Source of the DNA: a virus
Lineage: Duplodnaviria; Caudoviricetes
Length of the DNA stretch: 64,000 nucleotides
Reading direction: 5' to 3' (one strand)
Virus record (IMG/VR): IMGVR_UViG_3300037483_000352
Coordinates: 1-64,000 of that record
Shown: one piece after another, positions 9,869-18,928 of the stretch
Layout: each line of letters starts with the position of its first letter
Numbering within the stretch: position 1 is the stretch's first letter
Notes under the pieces: model-generated
Told to the model about the DNA's origin: nothing
Database searches by the model: none
The model's input: only the letters and a program-made list of their open reading frames with translations
Program-made: the position numbers and the translations under genes

Positions 9869-10078
9869 TCATGCCGTCGGCCGCTGCGCCGGAACCGGCT
9901 TGGGAGCGAAGGCCGTCAGATCGTCGATCTCTTCAGGGTCCAGTCGGACCTGACCGCGCGCGTTCCAGTACGTGGTGATCTTCTCGTGCTTCCTCCAGTA
10001 GTCGATCGTGCGCGGTCCGACCCCGGCGCGCGCTGCTGCCTCGTTCCGGGTGATCAGGTTCTGCGGTGTGTGTGTCAT
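9869..10078 (-). CDS. excisionase/MerR-like helix-turn-helix DNA-binding protein
   Basis: LITRNEAAARAGVGPRTIDYWRKHEKITTY...VRLDPEEIDDL, a Xis/HTH_17-like pattern. Confidence 0.75.
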   Translation of the reverse strand: MTHTPQNLITRNEAAARAGVGPRTIDYWRKHEKITTYWNARGQVRLDPEEIDDLTAFAPKPVPAQRPTA

Positions 10079-10218
10079 GGCCAAGAATCTACATCGCCTT
10101 ACACACCCCGTGGTTTGTGATCTACATTTGGACATTCGTTTGCATGGATCTCCATCTACATGTAGGTTGGCCAGGCACTGTAAAAACAGCCCGATGATCA
10201 CCGACACGAAGGATCAAC
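10079..10218. promoter_or_regulatory. divergent promoter region with three phased ATCTACA boxes
   Basis: Lower-GC spacer between divergent genes; ATCTACA at 10087, 10120 and 10154. Confidence 0.6.
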
Positions 10219-11385
10219 ATGGAATTCCACGCACTGGCGAACGCCTTCCCCCTGCTGGAGGGCGAGGAGTTCGATCAGCTGGTTGCCGACATCGAGAAGA
10301 GCGGCCAGCTCCACCCGGTCGTCCGTTACGAGGGGAAGATCCTCGACGGCCGCAACCGGTACAACGCCTGCCAGCGTCTGGGCATCCCGCACCGTGAGAC
10401 CGAGTTCCGGGGCGAGGACCCGGTGGCGTTCGTGGTCAGCGAGAACCTGGCCCGCCGTCACATGAGCCCCGCGCAGCTGGCCGTGGCTGCCGAGAAGCTC
10501 GCCACCGCCGCTCAGGGCCGCCCCCGCACAAAGGGACCGGACGGGACGGAGGCCGAGCACGCGACCACGATCGACGAGGCGGCCAAGCTCACCGGCGCCT
10601 CCGGTACGTCCGTCAAGCGGGTGCGCCGGGTGCGCAAGGAGGCCGACCCCGCCGTGGTCGCCGCCATGGACGCCGGGGAGATCACCCCCACCGCCGCCGA
10701 GGCTCTTGCCAGCCGCTCCGCCGAGGAGCAGCAGGCCGCCGTGGCCGCCGGTCCCAGGGCTGCCGCTGCCAAGGCCAACCAGGTGCAGCGTGCGCAGCGC
10801 AACGGCTCTGCCGTGTCCAGGCGCACGGACCCCAAGGTGGTCATGTCCCGTCAGATGGATCTCCCGGACCTGCGCATGGTCCAGGACGTGGCCGCCGACT
10901 GGAGCGAGCGCAGCGAGCTGATCCACGAGCTGGACGGCGAGCGGGTGACGGAGTTCCTCAAGAACCTCCGCGCCTCCCGCGCCGCCACCACCAAGCTGAT
11001 CGAGCTGGTGGAGAAGGAGACGTCCCAGGCCGCCGCTGCCGCGCGGATCAAGGAGGCCGAGGCCGCCGAGGTCGCGGCCAAGGCTGAGGCCCCCGGTGCG
11101 GGTACCGAGGACTCCAAGGTCACCAGCCTGGCCGACGTCAAGGCCAAGAAGTCGGCCGCGAGCGGAGCGAGTGGGAAGGCGGCTGCCCCGAGCCTGGCTA
11201 CCAAGACCATCGCCGCGCGCAAGGCACCGGCCAGGGCCGCCGCGCCTGCCAAGAAGGCCACTGCCCCGGTCAAGGCGGAGACCGAGTCCAAGGCTGGGAC
11301 GGCCAGCGAGGCCAAGGCCACCGCGCCCGTGGTCCCCGCCGCCGACTTCAAGGCGCCGGTCACCAAGGACGACAGCTCCGCATGA
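10219..11385 (+). CDS. ParB/Srx N-terminal domain protein with HTH and Ala/Lys-rich C-terminal tail
   Basis: FDQLVADIEKSGQLHPVV...ILDGRNRYNAC...VVSENLARRH is ParB-like; TIDEAAKLTGASGTSVKR is an HTH; KKSAA/KAPARAAAPAKKA tail. Confidence 0.85.
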   Translation: MEFHALANAFPLLEGEEFDQLVADIEKSGQLHPVVRYEGKILDGRNRYNACQRLGIPHRETEFRGEDPVAFVVSENLARRHMSPAQLAVAAEKLATAAQGRPRTKGPDGTEAEHATTIDEAAKLTGASGTSVKRVRRVRKEADPAVVAAMDAGEITPTAAEALASRSAEEQQAAVAAGPRAAAAKANQVQRAQRNGSAVSRRTDPKVVMSRQMDLPDLRMVQDVAADWSERSELIHELDGERVTEFLKNLRASRAATTKLIELVEKETSQAAAAARIKEAEAAEVAAKAEAPGAGTEDSKVTSLADVKAKKSAASGASGKAAAPSLATKTIAARKAPARAAAPAKKATAPVKAETESKAGTASEAKATAPVVPAADFKAPVTKDDSSA

Positions 11386-13232
11386 TCTGCGGCGGATGTA
11401 CCCGGGGCGATCACTGTGGTCGCCCCGGGCCCGTCGGACTCCGGACCGGGACGTGTGCGTGCCAGCACCTCCCGCCGGGGTCCTGGAGGGGCGTGGAGAC
11501 CGGTCTGACGGCCCCGGGGAATGTCCCGGGGCCGGACCCCCAGGGCGATGTCATTGGCCCGGCAGACGCCGCCACAGGGGACCTGGTGACCATTCTCACG
11601 GCCTGGCAGCGGCTCCACCGGGCGGGCCGGTTCATCGAGGCCGCCGCCCTGCGCCGGGGACTGATCCACAAGCTGAGCCGACTCGGACCGAAGGAGTGAC
11701 CATGACTGTGCAGTATGTACCGGCCGGATCCCTGGTGGCCGGTGACGTGATCTCGTACCCGGGACGCCCCGAAGCCGTGGTGGTCCGGGCCGCCGAATCG
11801 CTGGCAGATCTCTTCGGCCGTGAGATGTCCGCGCACTGGTGCCGTCTGACGGACGGCGCGCAGGCGCGCGAAGGCTGGGTCCCCTACGGGCCCGGCGGGG
11901 TCCTGCCCGTAGTGAAGGAGGACTGACCATGGCCATGACCCACATTGATCACGACGGCCACACCCTGGAGATCAGCACAGAGATGATTGAAGTTACTTCA
12001 ATGGGTCCGGAGCCGAATCCCGGGTGGAAGTTCACCGACGGCCAGGGCCATGAGCACGACGCGCAGCAGGCCGAGGAGGGACACGTCCTGTACCCCACCC
12101 TGCGCCTGGAGTCCGGCCCTGCGTCGTGGTGTCCGGACTGCCGGGACGACCATACGGACTCGTGGTTCGTCTGCCGCCAGTGCGAGGAGAAGATCATCCC
12201 GGGCGTCGTGTACCCGTCCGGACCCCGGTTCGTCCGGGGCCTGACCTCGTACGAGATCGACGGCGAGCCGGTCGACCCGGCCACCGCGCGCGCCTTCGTC
12301 ACCGCGTGGCAGCGCAGCATTGACGACGCCAACAACGACGCCGTGGCCGCGCTGATCGACCTGCGCATGGAGGGGAACGGCCATGCTTGACGATGCGTTC
12401 AACAAGATCGTCGATTACGCGGCGACCCGTGCCGGGGACGCCACCGCAGACCGCTGCCGACCGCAGCTCCGCCCCCTGGTCCAGGAACTCCTGAACGAGA
12501 TCTCCGGGGAGATCGCCGCTGCCTGGGGACCGACCGACGCCGAGGCGGAAGGCCTGGTGTTCGCGCTCGGTTACCTGCGCACCCGGTACGCCGGTCCGCA
12601 GGATCCGGCGCCGGGGTGTCCGTTCACCCACACCCGCGCGTTCTGCGGTTACGAAGGGTGCCGTGAGTCATGACCTGGAAGATGGTGATCACTACATCGG
12701 CCAGTTTGTACGCCGACGGGATCTACCGGCTGTTCGGCCGGGAGACAGCCGATCCGTCACTGGAGGTCTCCGTGCGCGGCCGGTACGTCACCGCCAAGTC
12801 CGACGACCCGGCCAGGCTGCTGCACATCGCCAACAGGTCCACCGGCCGCGAGATGCAGCGCGGGTTCGTCGTGAAGATCCAGATACAGGAGAACCGGTCA
12901 TGAGGACCCGCCGCCGTCACTGGCCGACCTGGCGCATGCCGAGGTTCTTCGTGTCCGACGCCGCACATGTGCGCCTGTCCCTGCCGTGGCACGGGGTGGC
13001 CTCGTGGGACGACATGCACGCGTACGTGGTCGCCGCGATCATGGATAACACCGTACCCAACGCGTTCCGTGGACGAGGAGGCAAGACCGATCAAGAGCTT
13101 GCCGAGTCGCTCGCGCGCGGCATCCTGCTGTCGCTGTGCCACCGGCTCGGGGTCGAACCGGTCGGCGCGTTCACCTACCACCTGCCCGACGACGAGCGAG
13201 AGGCCGAGGAGGCCGAGATCCATGGACAGTGA
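11382..13232 (+). other. six hypothetical genes (11382-11699, 11702-11926, 11929-12390, 12383-12673, 12670-12903, 12900-13232)
   Basis: Tightly coupled ORFs with GGAG-type RBSs; no family recognised. Confidence 0.55.
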
Positions 13233-14040
13233 CATCGACCGGTGGGACCGGACGAACAACATCCTGGCCGAGATCATGGAGGAGCGTGAGAAGCAGTTCG
13301 AGAAGTGGGGCGATCAGCGACTGCCGTTCACCGACCCACAGGACCCGACCGGGGTCTACCTCATGGGGCGGACGTACGCGGCCCTTGAGCGGGCCGCCAA
13401 GGCCCGGTGCGACGCCTACCGGGACACCTACCTGAAGGGGGACGACGACCCCCGCAACGACGCCACCGTCCTGCTCGAAGAGGTCTTCGAAGCCCTGGCC
13501 GCCGGGTCCCCGGAAGACCTCCGGACGGAGATGATCCAGGTCGCCGCTGTGGCTGTGAAGATCATCGCATGTCTGGACCGCGCGGCCGGTCCCCCGATGG
13601 TGGACGACGTCACCCGGCCGGTCGATGTGTTCCTGCCGGGCGACGGCAGCGTCATCACAACCGAGGTGGACGGGACGATCAGGGTCCGTCCCGAGGATGA
13701 CGCGCTGCACGTCGGCCGGTGGGCCGTGGAGAGTCCCCCGGAGACGATCGAACCCCGTTGGAAGGATCACCCGGAGCTTGGTCCGCAGGTGACCGGGTCG
13801 CTGATCCCGCCGGAGCCGGTCACCTTCGATGACACCCCCACCCGGGACCTGCGAGCCATCGACGCACAGACCGGCCATCCGTTCGTACCCCGGGGTCTGT
13901 TCGTTCCCTCGGTCACTCCCGAGGAGATCGATTCGAACTACTCGAAAGATCTTGTCGAGGACGCGCCGTCGCACGTCCACCGGCACACCTTCGACCGGTT
14001 GCACGGCCTGTGCCGCTGCGGCGAGGCAGGGACCCCGTGA
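13222..14040 (+). CDS. MazG-like all-alpha nucleotide pyrophosphohydrolase with C-terminal extension
   Basis: EREKQFEKWGDQ...VLLEEVFEALA...DLRTEMIQVAAVAVKII resembles phage MazG-like proteins. Confidence 0.6.
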   Translation: MDSDIDRWDRTNNILAEIMEEREKQFEKWGDQRLPFTDPQDPTGVYLMGRTYAALERAAKARCDAYRDTYLKGDDDPRNDATVLLEEVFEALAAGSPEDLRTEMIQVAAVAVKIIACLDRAAGPPMVDDVTRPVDVFLPGDGSVITTEVDGTIRVRPEDDALHVGRWAVESPPETIEPRWKDHPELGPQVTGSLIPPEPVTFDDTPTRDLRAIDAQTGHPFVPRGLFVPSVTPEEIDSNYSKDLVEDAPSHVHRHTFDRLHGLCRCGEAGTP

Positions 14041-14309
14041 GGGCCCCCCAGGGCCCCAAGCCCTGGAAGCCCTACCCCTCGCAGCTCGCGGTGCTGCGGG
14101 CCGTGGCTGACGGCCGGTCCCTGGCGGAAGCGGGCCGTGAGCTGGGCCTGACCCACATGGATGTGGGTTCCCGCCTGTCCGGCTGTTACGACCGGTTGGG
14201 GATCAAGGAGCCGGGCACCCTCGCGGAGTCCCGTCAGCACCCCCTCAGCCCGTGGCGCCGGGACAAGGCCGTCAAGATCTGCAAGGCGCATGGGTGGTGG
14301 GACGAGTGA
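14037..14309 (+). CDS. LuxR-type HTH DNA-binding protein
   Basis: PSQLAVLRAVADGRSLAEAGRELGLTHMDVGSRLSGCYDRLG. Confidence 0.7.
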   Translation: MRAPQGPKPWKPYPSQLAVLRAVADGRSLAEAGRELGLTHMDVGSRLSGCYDRLGIKEPGTLAESRQHPLSPWRRDKAVKICKAHGWWDE

Positions 14310-14742
14310 GCGAGTACCTGGTCACCGGCGAGGACGGCGGCAAGCTGACGATCACACAGTCCGTGCCGCCGGTCTACCTGATCAATGGCGGGGTGGTCAA
14401 CGAGGCCGCCGCGTACGCCTGGATCCGGCACTGGCACGCCGTTCGGGACAACGCGATCCACGCCGACCCGCCGCTGTCCTGCATCTGTGAGCCGTGCCAG
14501 AAGACCCGGGAGCTGCACCGGTGACCGGGCGCCGGACCACCAGGCCCCGGCCGACTAAGCACTCCGGGCTGCTGGGGGTACAGGCCGACTGCGATGACTG
14601 CCCCTGGCGCAGTCAGGAACGCAACGCCGCTGGCACGGCCGCCTGTCATGCCAGGGACTACGGGCACACCGTGCGCGTGGAACAGACCACCATCGTCATC
14701 TACAACAAGCGATCAACGACCACCACCAAAGGATCATCGTGA
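14306..14742 (+). other. two small hypothetical genes (14306-14524, 14521-14742)
   Basis: GTGA-coupled ORFs; the second has CDDC..H motifs. Confidence 0.5.
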
Positions 14743-15089
14743 ACAAGATCACTCACGGCATCAAGCACTACTGGCGCCGGACCGCGCTCACCCTCGCGGC
14801 CGTCGGCATGGCCGCCGGGTCTCTCGTGGGCTGCGGCGCCTCGGACTCCGACTGCCAGGGAGACCCCGGCAAGGTCACTGCGAAGGACACCGACACGGAC
14901 TCGAAGACCACCGGGACCGGCAAGAACCGGCACACCTCGACGACCACCGAGTACGAGCTGACCGTCCTGCGGGCCGACGGCAGCACGTACGAGAAGTCGG
15001 TCAGCAGCTCCGCGTACGACGACTGGTACAAGGTCGGCAGCCGGTTTCCGTCCACCGCGCACTGCGCCGACGGCAAGGCCAAGGACTGA
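14739..15089 (+). CDS. putative lipoprotein
   Basis: Basic N-terminus, hydrophobic stretch, lipobox LVGC. Confidence 0.7.
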   Translation: MNKITHGIKHYWRRTALTLAAVGMAAGSLVGCGASDSDCQGDPGKVTAKDTDTDSKTTGTGKNRHTSTTTEYELTVLRADGSTYEKSVSSSAYDDWYKVGSRFPSTAHCADGKAKD

Positions 15090-15095
15090 TCCGGG

Positions 15096-15563
15096 ATGGC
15101 TGAGTGGCTGATCAGCTACGGATCGTGGGCCCTGGCCCCGTGGGGCCTGCTGGGCATGTGGGCGACCGGGCGCAAGAAGACGTGGGGGTGGCTCCTGGCA
15201 CTGACCACCCAGTGCCTGTGGGCCCTGTACGCCGTCGGAACCGCACAGTACGGCTTCCTCCTGGGGACCACGGCCTACGCCGCCGTGTACCTCAAGAACT
15301 GGGTCACATGGCGCCGGGACGACCGGGCCGTGACCGACGAGGCACCGGCCCCCGTGACCGGAATGCAGCAGGTGTTCCGCGTCCACTGCACCGGCCGGTG
15401 CGGGAGCTACCTCCGCAAGGGCCGGACCATACCGGCCCACTGGGGTGAGGCGTACGCGGAGGTGTTCCCCACCGGGCAGCAGGCCGCTGCTGCGGCCGTG
15501 GCTGCCGGGTGGACCGGCGGAGTGTGCCCCAAGGACCAGGTCACGGAAGGAGCGATGACATGA
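15096..15563 (+). CDS. PnuC-like membrane protein
   Basis: WGLLGMWATGRKKTWGWLLALTTQCLWALYAVGTAQYGFLLGTTAYAAVYLKNWVTW matches the short PnuC-like repeat seen in actinophages. Confidence 0.65.
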   Translation: MAEWLISYGSWALAPWGLLGMWATGRKKTWGWLLALTTQCLWALYAVGTAQYGFLLGTTAYAAVYLKNWVTWRRDDRAVTDEAPAPVTGMQQVFRVHCTGRCGSYLRKGRTIPAHWGEAYAEVFPTGQQAAAAAVAAGWTGGVCPKDQVTEGAMT

Positions 15564-17248
15564 TCGAGATGCTGAGTCTCCGTGACTACCAGCGCGAGGC
15601 CGTCGACGCGATCGACGACGCGCACACGGCCGGGATGCGCTTCCCCGCCGTGGTCCTCCCCTGCGGTTCCGGCAAGTCGGTGATCACAGCTCACCTGGCC
15701 GCCGAGAACCTCGCCGCCCACAACAACCGGGTCCTGGTTCTGGCCCACCGTGACGAGCTGCTCGACCAGGTGGCCGACAAGATCCGCCGGGTGGCCCCGA
15801 GCCTGAGTGTCGGCAAGGTCAAGGCGGACGACGACGACGTGTTCGCCGACGTGGTGGTTGCCTCCGTCCAGACGGCCGCCAGGCCGCTGCGCCTGGCCCG
15901 CCTGGTGGCGTCCCAGAAGTCCTCGCCGGACCGCAAGCCCCGGCAGTTCGGGCTGGTGGTCACGGACGAATGTCACCGCGCTGCGGCCATGTCGTACGGC
16001 AAGATCTACGACGCCCTGCCCCGTGCCCGTAAGGCCGGGTTCACGGCCACGCTGTCGCGCGGTGACGGGGTCGGCCTGGGGTCCGTGATCGATGATGTGG
16101 TCTACAGCAAGTCATGGCTGTGGATGATCAAAAACGGCTACCTCGTCGACCCGGTCGGCCAGGTCGTCTCCGTCGATGATCTGGACCTGTCCGGCGTCCG
16201 GCGTTCCGGTGGTGACTACGCGGCCGGATCCCTCGGGGACGCAATGATCGACACCGGGGCGCCGGACGTGATCGCGTCGGCGTACCGGCGCTACGCGTCC
16301 AACCGGTCAGGGGTGGTGTTCACACCGACCGTGGCAGCCGCCTACGGCGTGCGCGAGGCGCTGGCCGACGCGGGTACCACGGCGGCCGTGGTGGACGGGA
16401 ACACCCCCCGCGCCGAACGGCTGCGGATCTACGAGGATTCCCGGACCGGCCGCGTCCAGGTCATCGTGAACTGTGCCGTGCTGACCGAAGGGTTCGACGC
16501 ACCGTGGGTGTCCGCCGTGGTCCCGCCGATCACCCGGTCCGAGGGGCGGTTCCAGCAGTCGGTGGGCCGGTCCATGCGCCTGTACCCCGGCAAGACCGAT
16601 GCGCTGGTCCTGTCCGTCGGCGGCATGTCCGGCCGTCTGTGCACCTTGGTCGACCTTCAGCCGGGATCGGTCAAGGAGATCCGGCCGGGCGAGTCGCTGA
16701 CCGACGCGGAAGCCCGGGAGGAGACGGCGGCCGAGACGGTGATCCCCGGCAGCGCCAAGGGGTTCGGTCTCAAGGTCAAGCACGTCGACATGTTCTCCGC
16801 GTCCAAGTCGCTGTGGCTGCGCACCGACGGCGGGGTGATGTTCGTCCCGGTGGCCGACGGCGAGGTATTCCTGTGGAAGGGCGAGGACGGGCTGTGGGAC
16901 GTGCGGCACGCGCCCCGGCCCACGGCTCGGCTGAAGATCCGGTGGCCGAAGCTGTACAGCGGCCTGTCCCTGGAAATGGCCATGGCCTGGGGTGAGGCCG
17001 CCGCCGAGGACATGGGCACCACTGCGACGGGTACGGCCCTGTCCACCCGGTCCGCGTCCTGGCGCCGTAAGAAGGAACCGCCGTCGCCCGGACAGATCGA
17101 CGCCGCCCGGTACCTGGACGTCGTGATCCCCGAGGGGGCCACCAAGGCGGAAGTAAGCGACCTGCTGTCAGTGCGGACAGCCACACTCAAGTTCGATCCG
17201 TTCGCTGCCAGGTTGGCAGCGCGCGACAGTCAGGAGGAACACGTATGA
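15560..17248 (+). CDS. superfamily 2 (DEAD/DEAH-like) DNA helicase
   Basis: Q motif LRDYQREAV, Walker A PCGSGKS, motif II DECH, motif III TAT, VLTEGFD, QQSVGRSMR. Confidence 0.92.
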   Translation: MIEMLSLRDYQREAVDAIDDAHTAGMRFPAVVLPCGSGKSVITAHLAAENLAAHNNRVLVLAHRDELLDQVADKIRRVAPSLSVGKVKADDDDVFADVVVASVQTAARPLRLARLVASQKSSPDRKPRQFGLVVTDECHRAAAMSYGKIYDALPRARKAGFTATLSRGDGVGLGSVIDDVVYSKSWLWMIKNGYLVDPVGQVVSVDDLDLSGVRRSGGDYAAGSLGDAMIDTGAPDVIASAYRRYASNRSGVVFTPTVAAAYGVREALADAGTTAAVVDGNTPRAERLRIYEDSRTGRVQVIVNCAVLTEGFDAPWVSAVVPPITRSEGRFQQSVGRSMRLYPGKTDALVLSVGGMSGRLCTLVDLQPGSVKEIRPGESLTDAEAREETAAETVIPGSAKGFGLKVKHVDMFSASKSLWLRTDGGVMFVPVADGEVFLWKGEDGLWDVRHAPRPTARLKIRWPKLYSGLSLEMAMAWGEAAAEDMGTTATGTALSTRSASWRRKKEPPSPGQIDAARYLDVVIPEGATKAEVSDLLSVRTATLKFDPFAARLAARDSQEEHV

Positions 17249-18915
17249 GCAGGTGGGGAGAACTGATCCCGCACCGGGAGGACGACCCGTCGTGTCTGTG
17301 CGGGTGCCAGGACGAACAGGGAACCACCGAACCGATCGAGCCCCGGACCACCCGGATCCTGGTCACGGTGACATGGAACGACTACGACGAGGACGACCGC
17401 GAGGGGCGCCGGTACTACTACGACGACCGCGTGCTGTTCGACACGGCCGGGGACTGGATCGCTGCTGCGTTCGAGGACCGCGACGACTCGCCTGGGATCA
17501 AGCTCAAGGACGTCACCGGCGCCGATATCGACATCACCCCGGAGGCCAAGCCGTGACGCTCGGAGAACTGGCCGTCGCCCTGCGCGCCGTGGACCGGTCA
17601 CGGAAGATCGTGATCTGTCCTGTGGGGCTGGGACTCAATGTCGAATCCCTGGTCCTGCGATACGGAATGGATCATCTGTGGACCGTCCGCGAGTCGGCTC
17701 GGTGCGGCGACAAGATCCTGTTGATCAACGACATGGGAGCGTAGCGATCATGAACGACACCGACTGGGCATCGATCGAAGACAGCGAGAACGACCACCCA
17801 TACGCACCTGAGAGGCGCACCGTGACCCCACCGCCCGCCGACACGAACGACTTTTTCATGGGCGATCCGCCCGCCGACGAACCGGAGGACGACGGCCCGC
17901 CGTTCATCACGGCCAGGTACGACGGCCCGTGTTCGGCGTGCGAGGAGTACCACATCACTGCCGGTGAGACCCGCATCCGTGCGGACGGCTCCGGTGGCTG
18001 GGAAGCAGAGGGGTGTGCCTGGTGAGGATCAGGACGATTCATCTGGACGACAAGGAGCGGCCGTCATCCGTGGTCGCTGAGATGACCATCGAAGAGGCGG
18101 CGCAGATCGCCAAGTGGGCGGGGTCATTGTCCCCTGACACAGGGATGACCGGTGAGACGTCGGAACTGTACGGCAGCTTGGTCGGCTCTGTGTTCAATCG
18201 GTTCTGGTCGGACGGGGTCGACGGGTACCGGCGGGGTGATGACGAATGACCGGACGAGTGAACCACCAGCGGATCAAAGGCTTCTGCCCGGCGTGCGGCG
18301 GGGCGACGCTCTACCGACGCCAGCGGGACAGCCAGATCGTGTGCTCAGAGTTCTCGTGCGCAGAACCGTTGGCCGCGCACCAGATCCTCGCCGACCGCAT
18401 GACGGATCACGTCGTGCAGTTCCATCCGGGTCAGGGCTTCAGCATCTGGCACCCGCTGAGGGAACGGATCGACCGGCGGATCCTGGTCTGTGATCTTCAC
18501 GCCTGGCTGGAGGACCACCGCCCGTCTGAAGCGGACCGGCCGGGCCAGTACCGCGCTGCGGAGCACGGACCCTACTGGGTGTTCCTGCCCCTGGAATTGG
18601 AAGTGAGGGATGACGATGTCTACCCCGGAAGCTGACCCGGACCACCCGCGCGGCCGTGAGTCCGGCGAGGCGCTGACCGAGGTCCGTACGGTCCTGTCCC
18701 GCGCTGAGTCCGCGCTACGCCGGATCGGCCCGCCCGGTCACGAGACCGAGTGGACCGGGCGTAAGGCCGGAGTCCGAATGGACTACGACGAACGCAAGGC
18801 CGGTCGGCACGAGGACCCGGACGCCGACGCCATGCGCGCCGCCCTTCAACGGGTAATCGATGAGCTGGAGCCGTGGCGCAAGACAGGGTCCACCCGGTGG
18901 ACCACATGCCTGTGA
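17245..18915 (+). other. six hypothetical genes (17245-17556, 17553-17744, 17750-18025, 18022-18249, 18246-18635, 18610-18915)
   Basis: Coupled ORFs; several carry Cys pairs. Confidence 0.55.
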
Positions 18916-18928
18916 GGAGCGAGCGATC

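Noticed and set aside
9645-9872. 75-aa ORF between the nuclease and Xis-like genes
   Set aside because: It is largely the translation of the dispersed DNA repeat; similar peptides arise at the other copies (29581-29838).
9869-10078. Integration module implied by the Xis-like gene
   Set aside because: No tyrosine or serine integrase or att site seen in this window; such HTH proteins are often just regulators. One could lie outside the window.
2147-14040. Z-base or other DNA-modification pathway (unusual PolA plus MazG-like)
   Set aside because: No PurZ, DatZ, queuosine-pathway, methyltransferase or glycosyltransferase gene recognised in the window.
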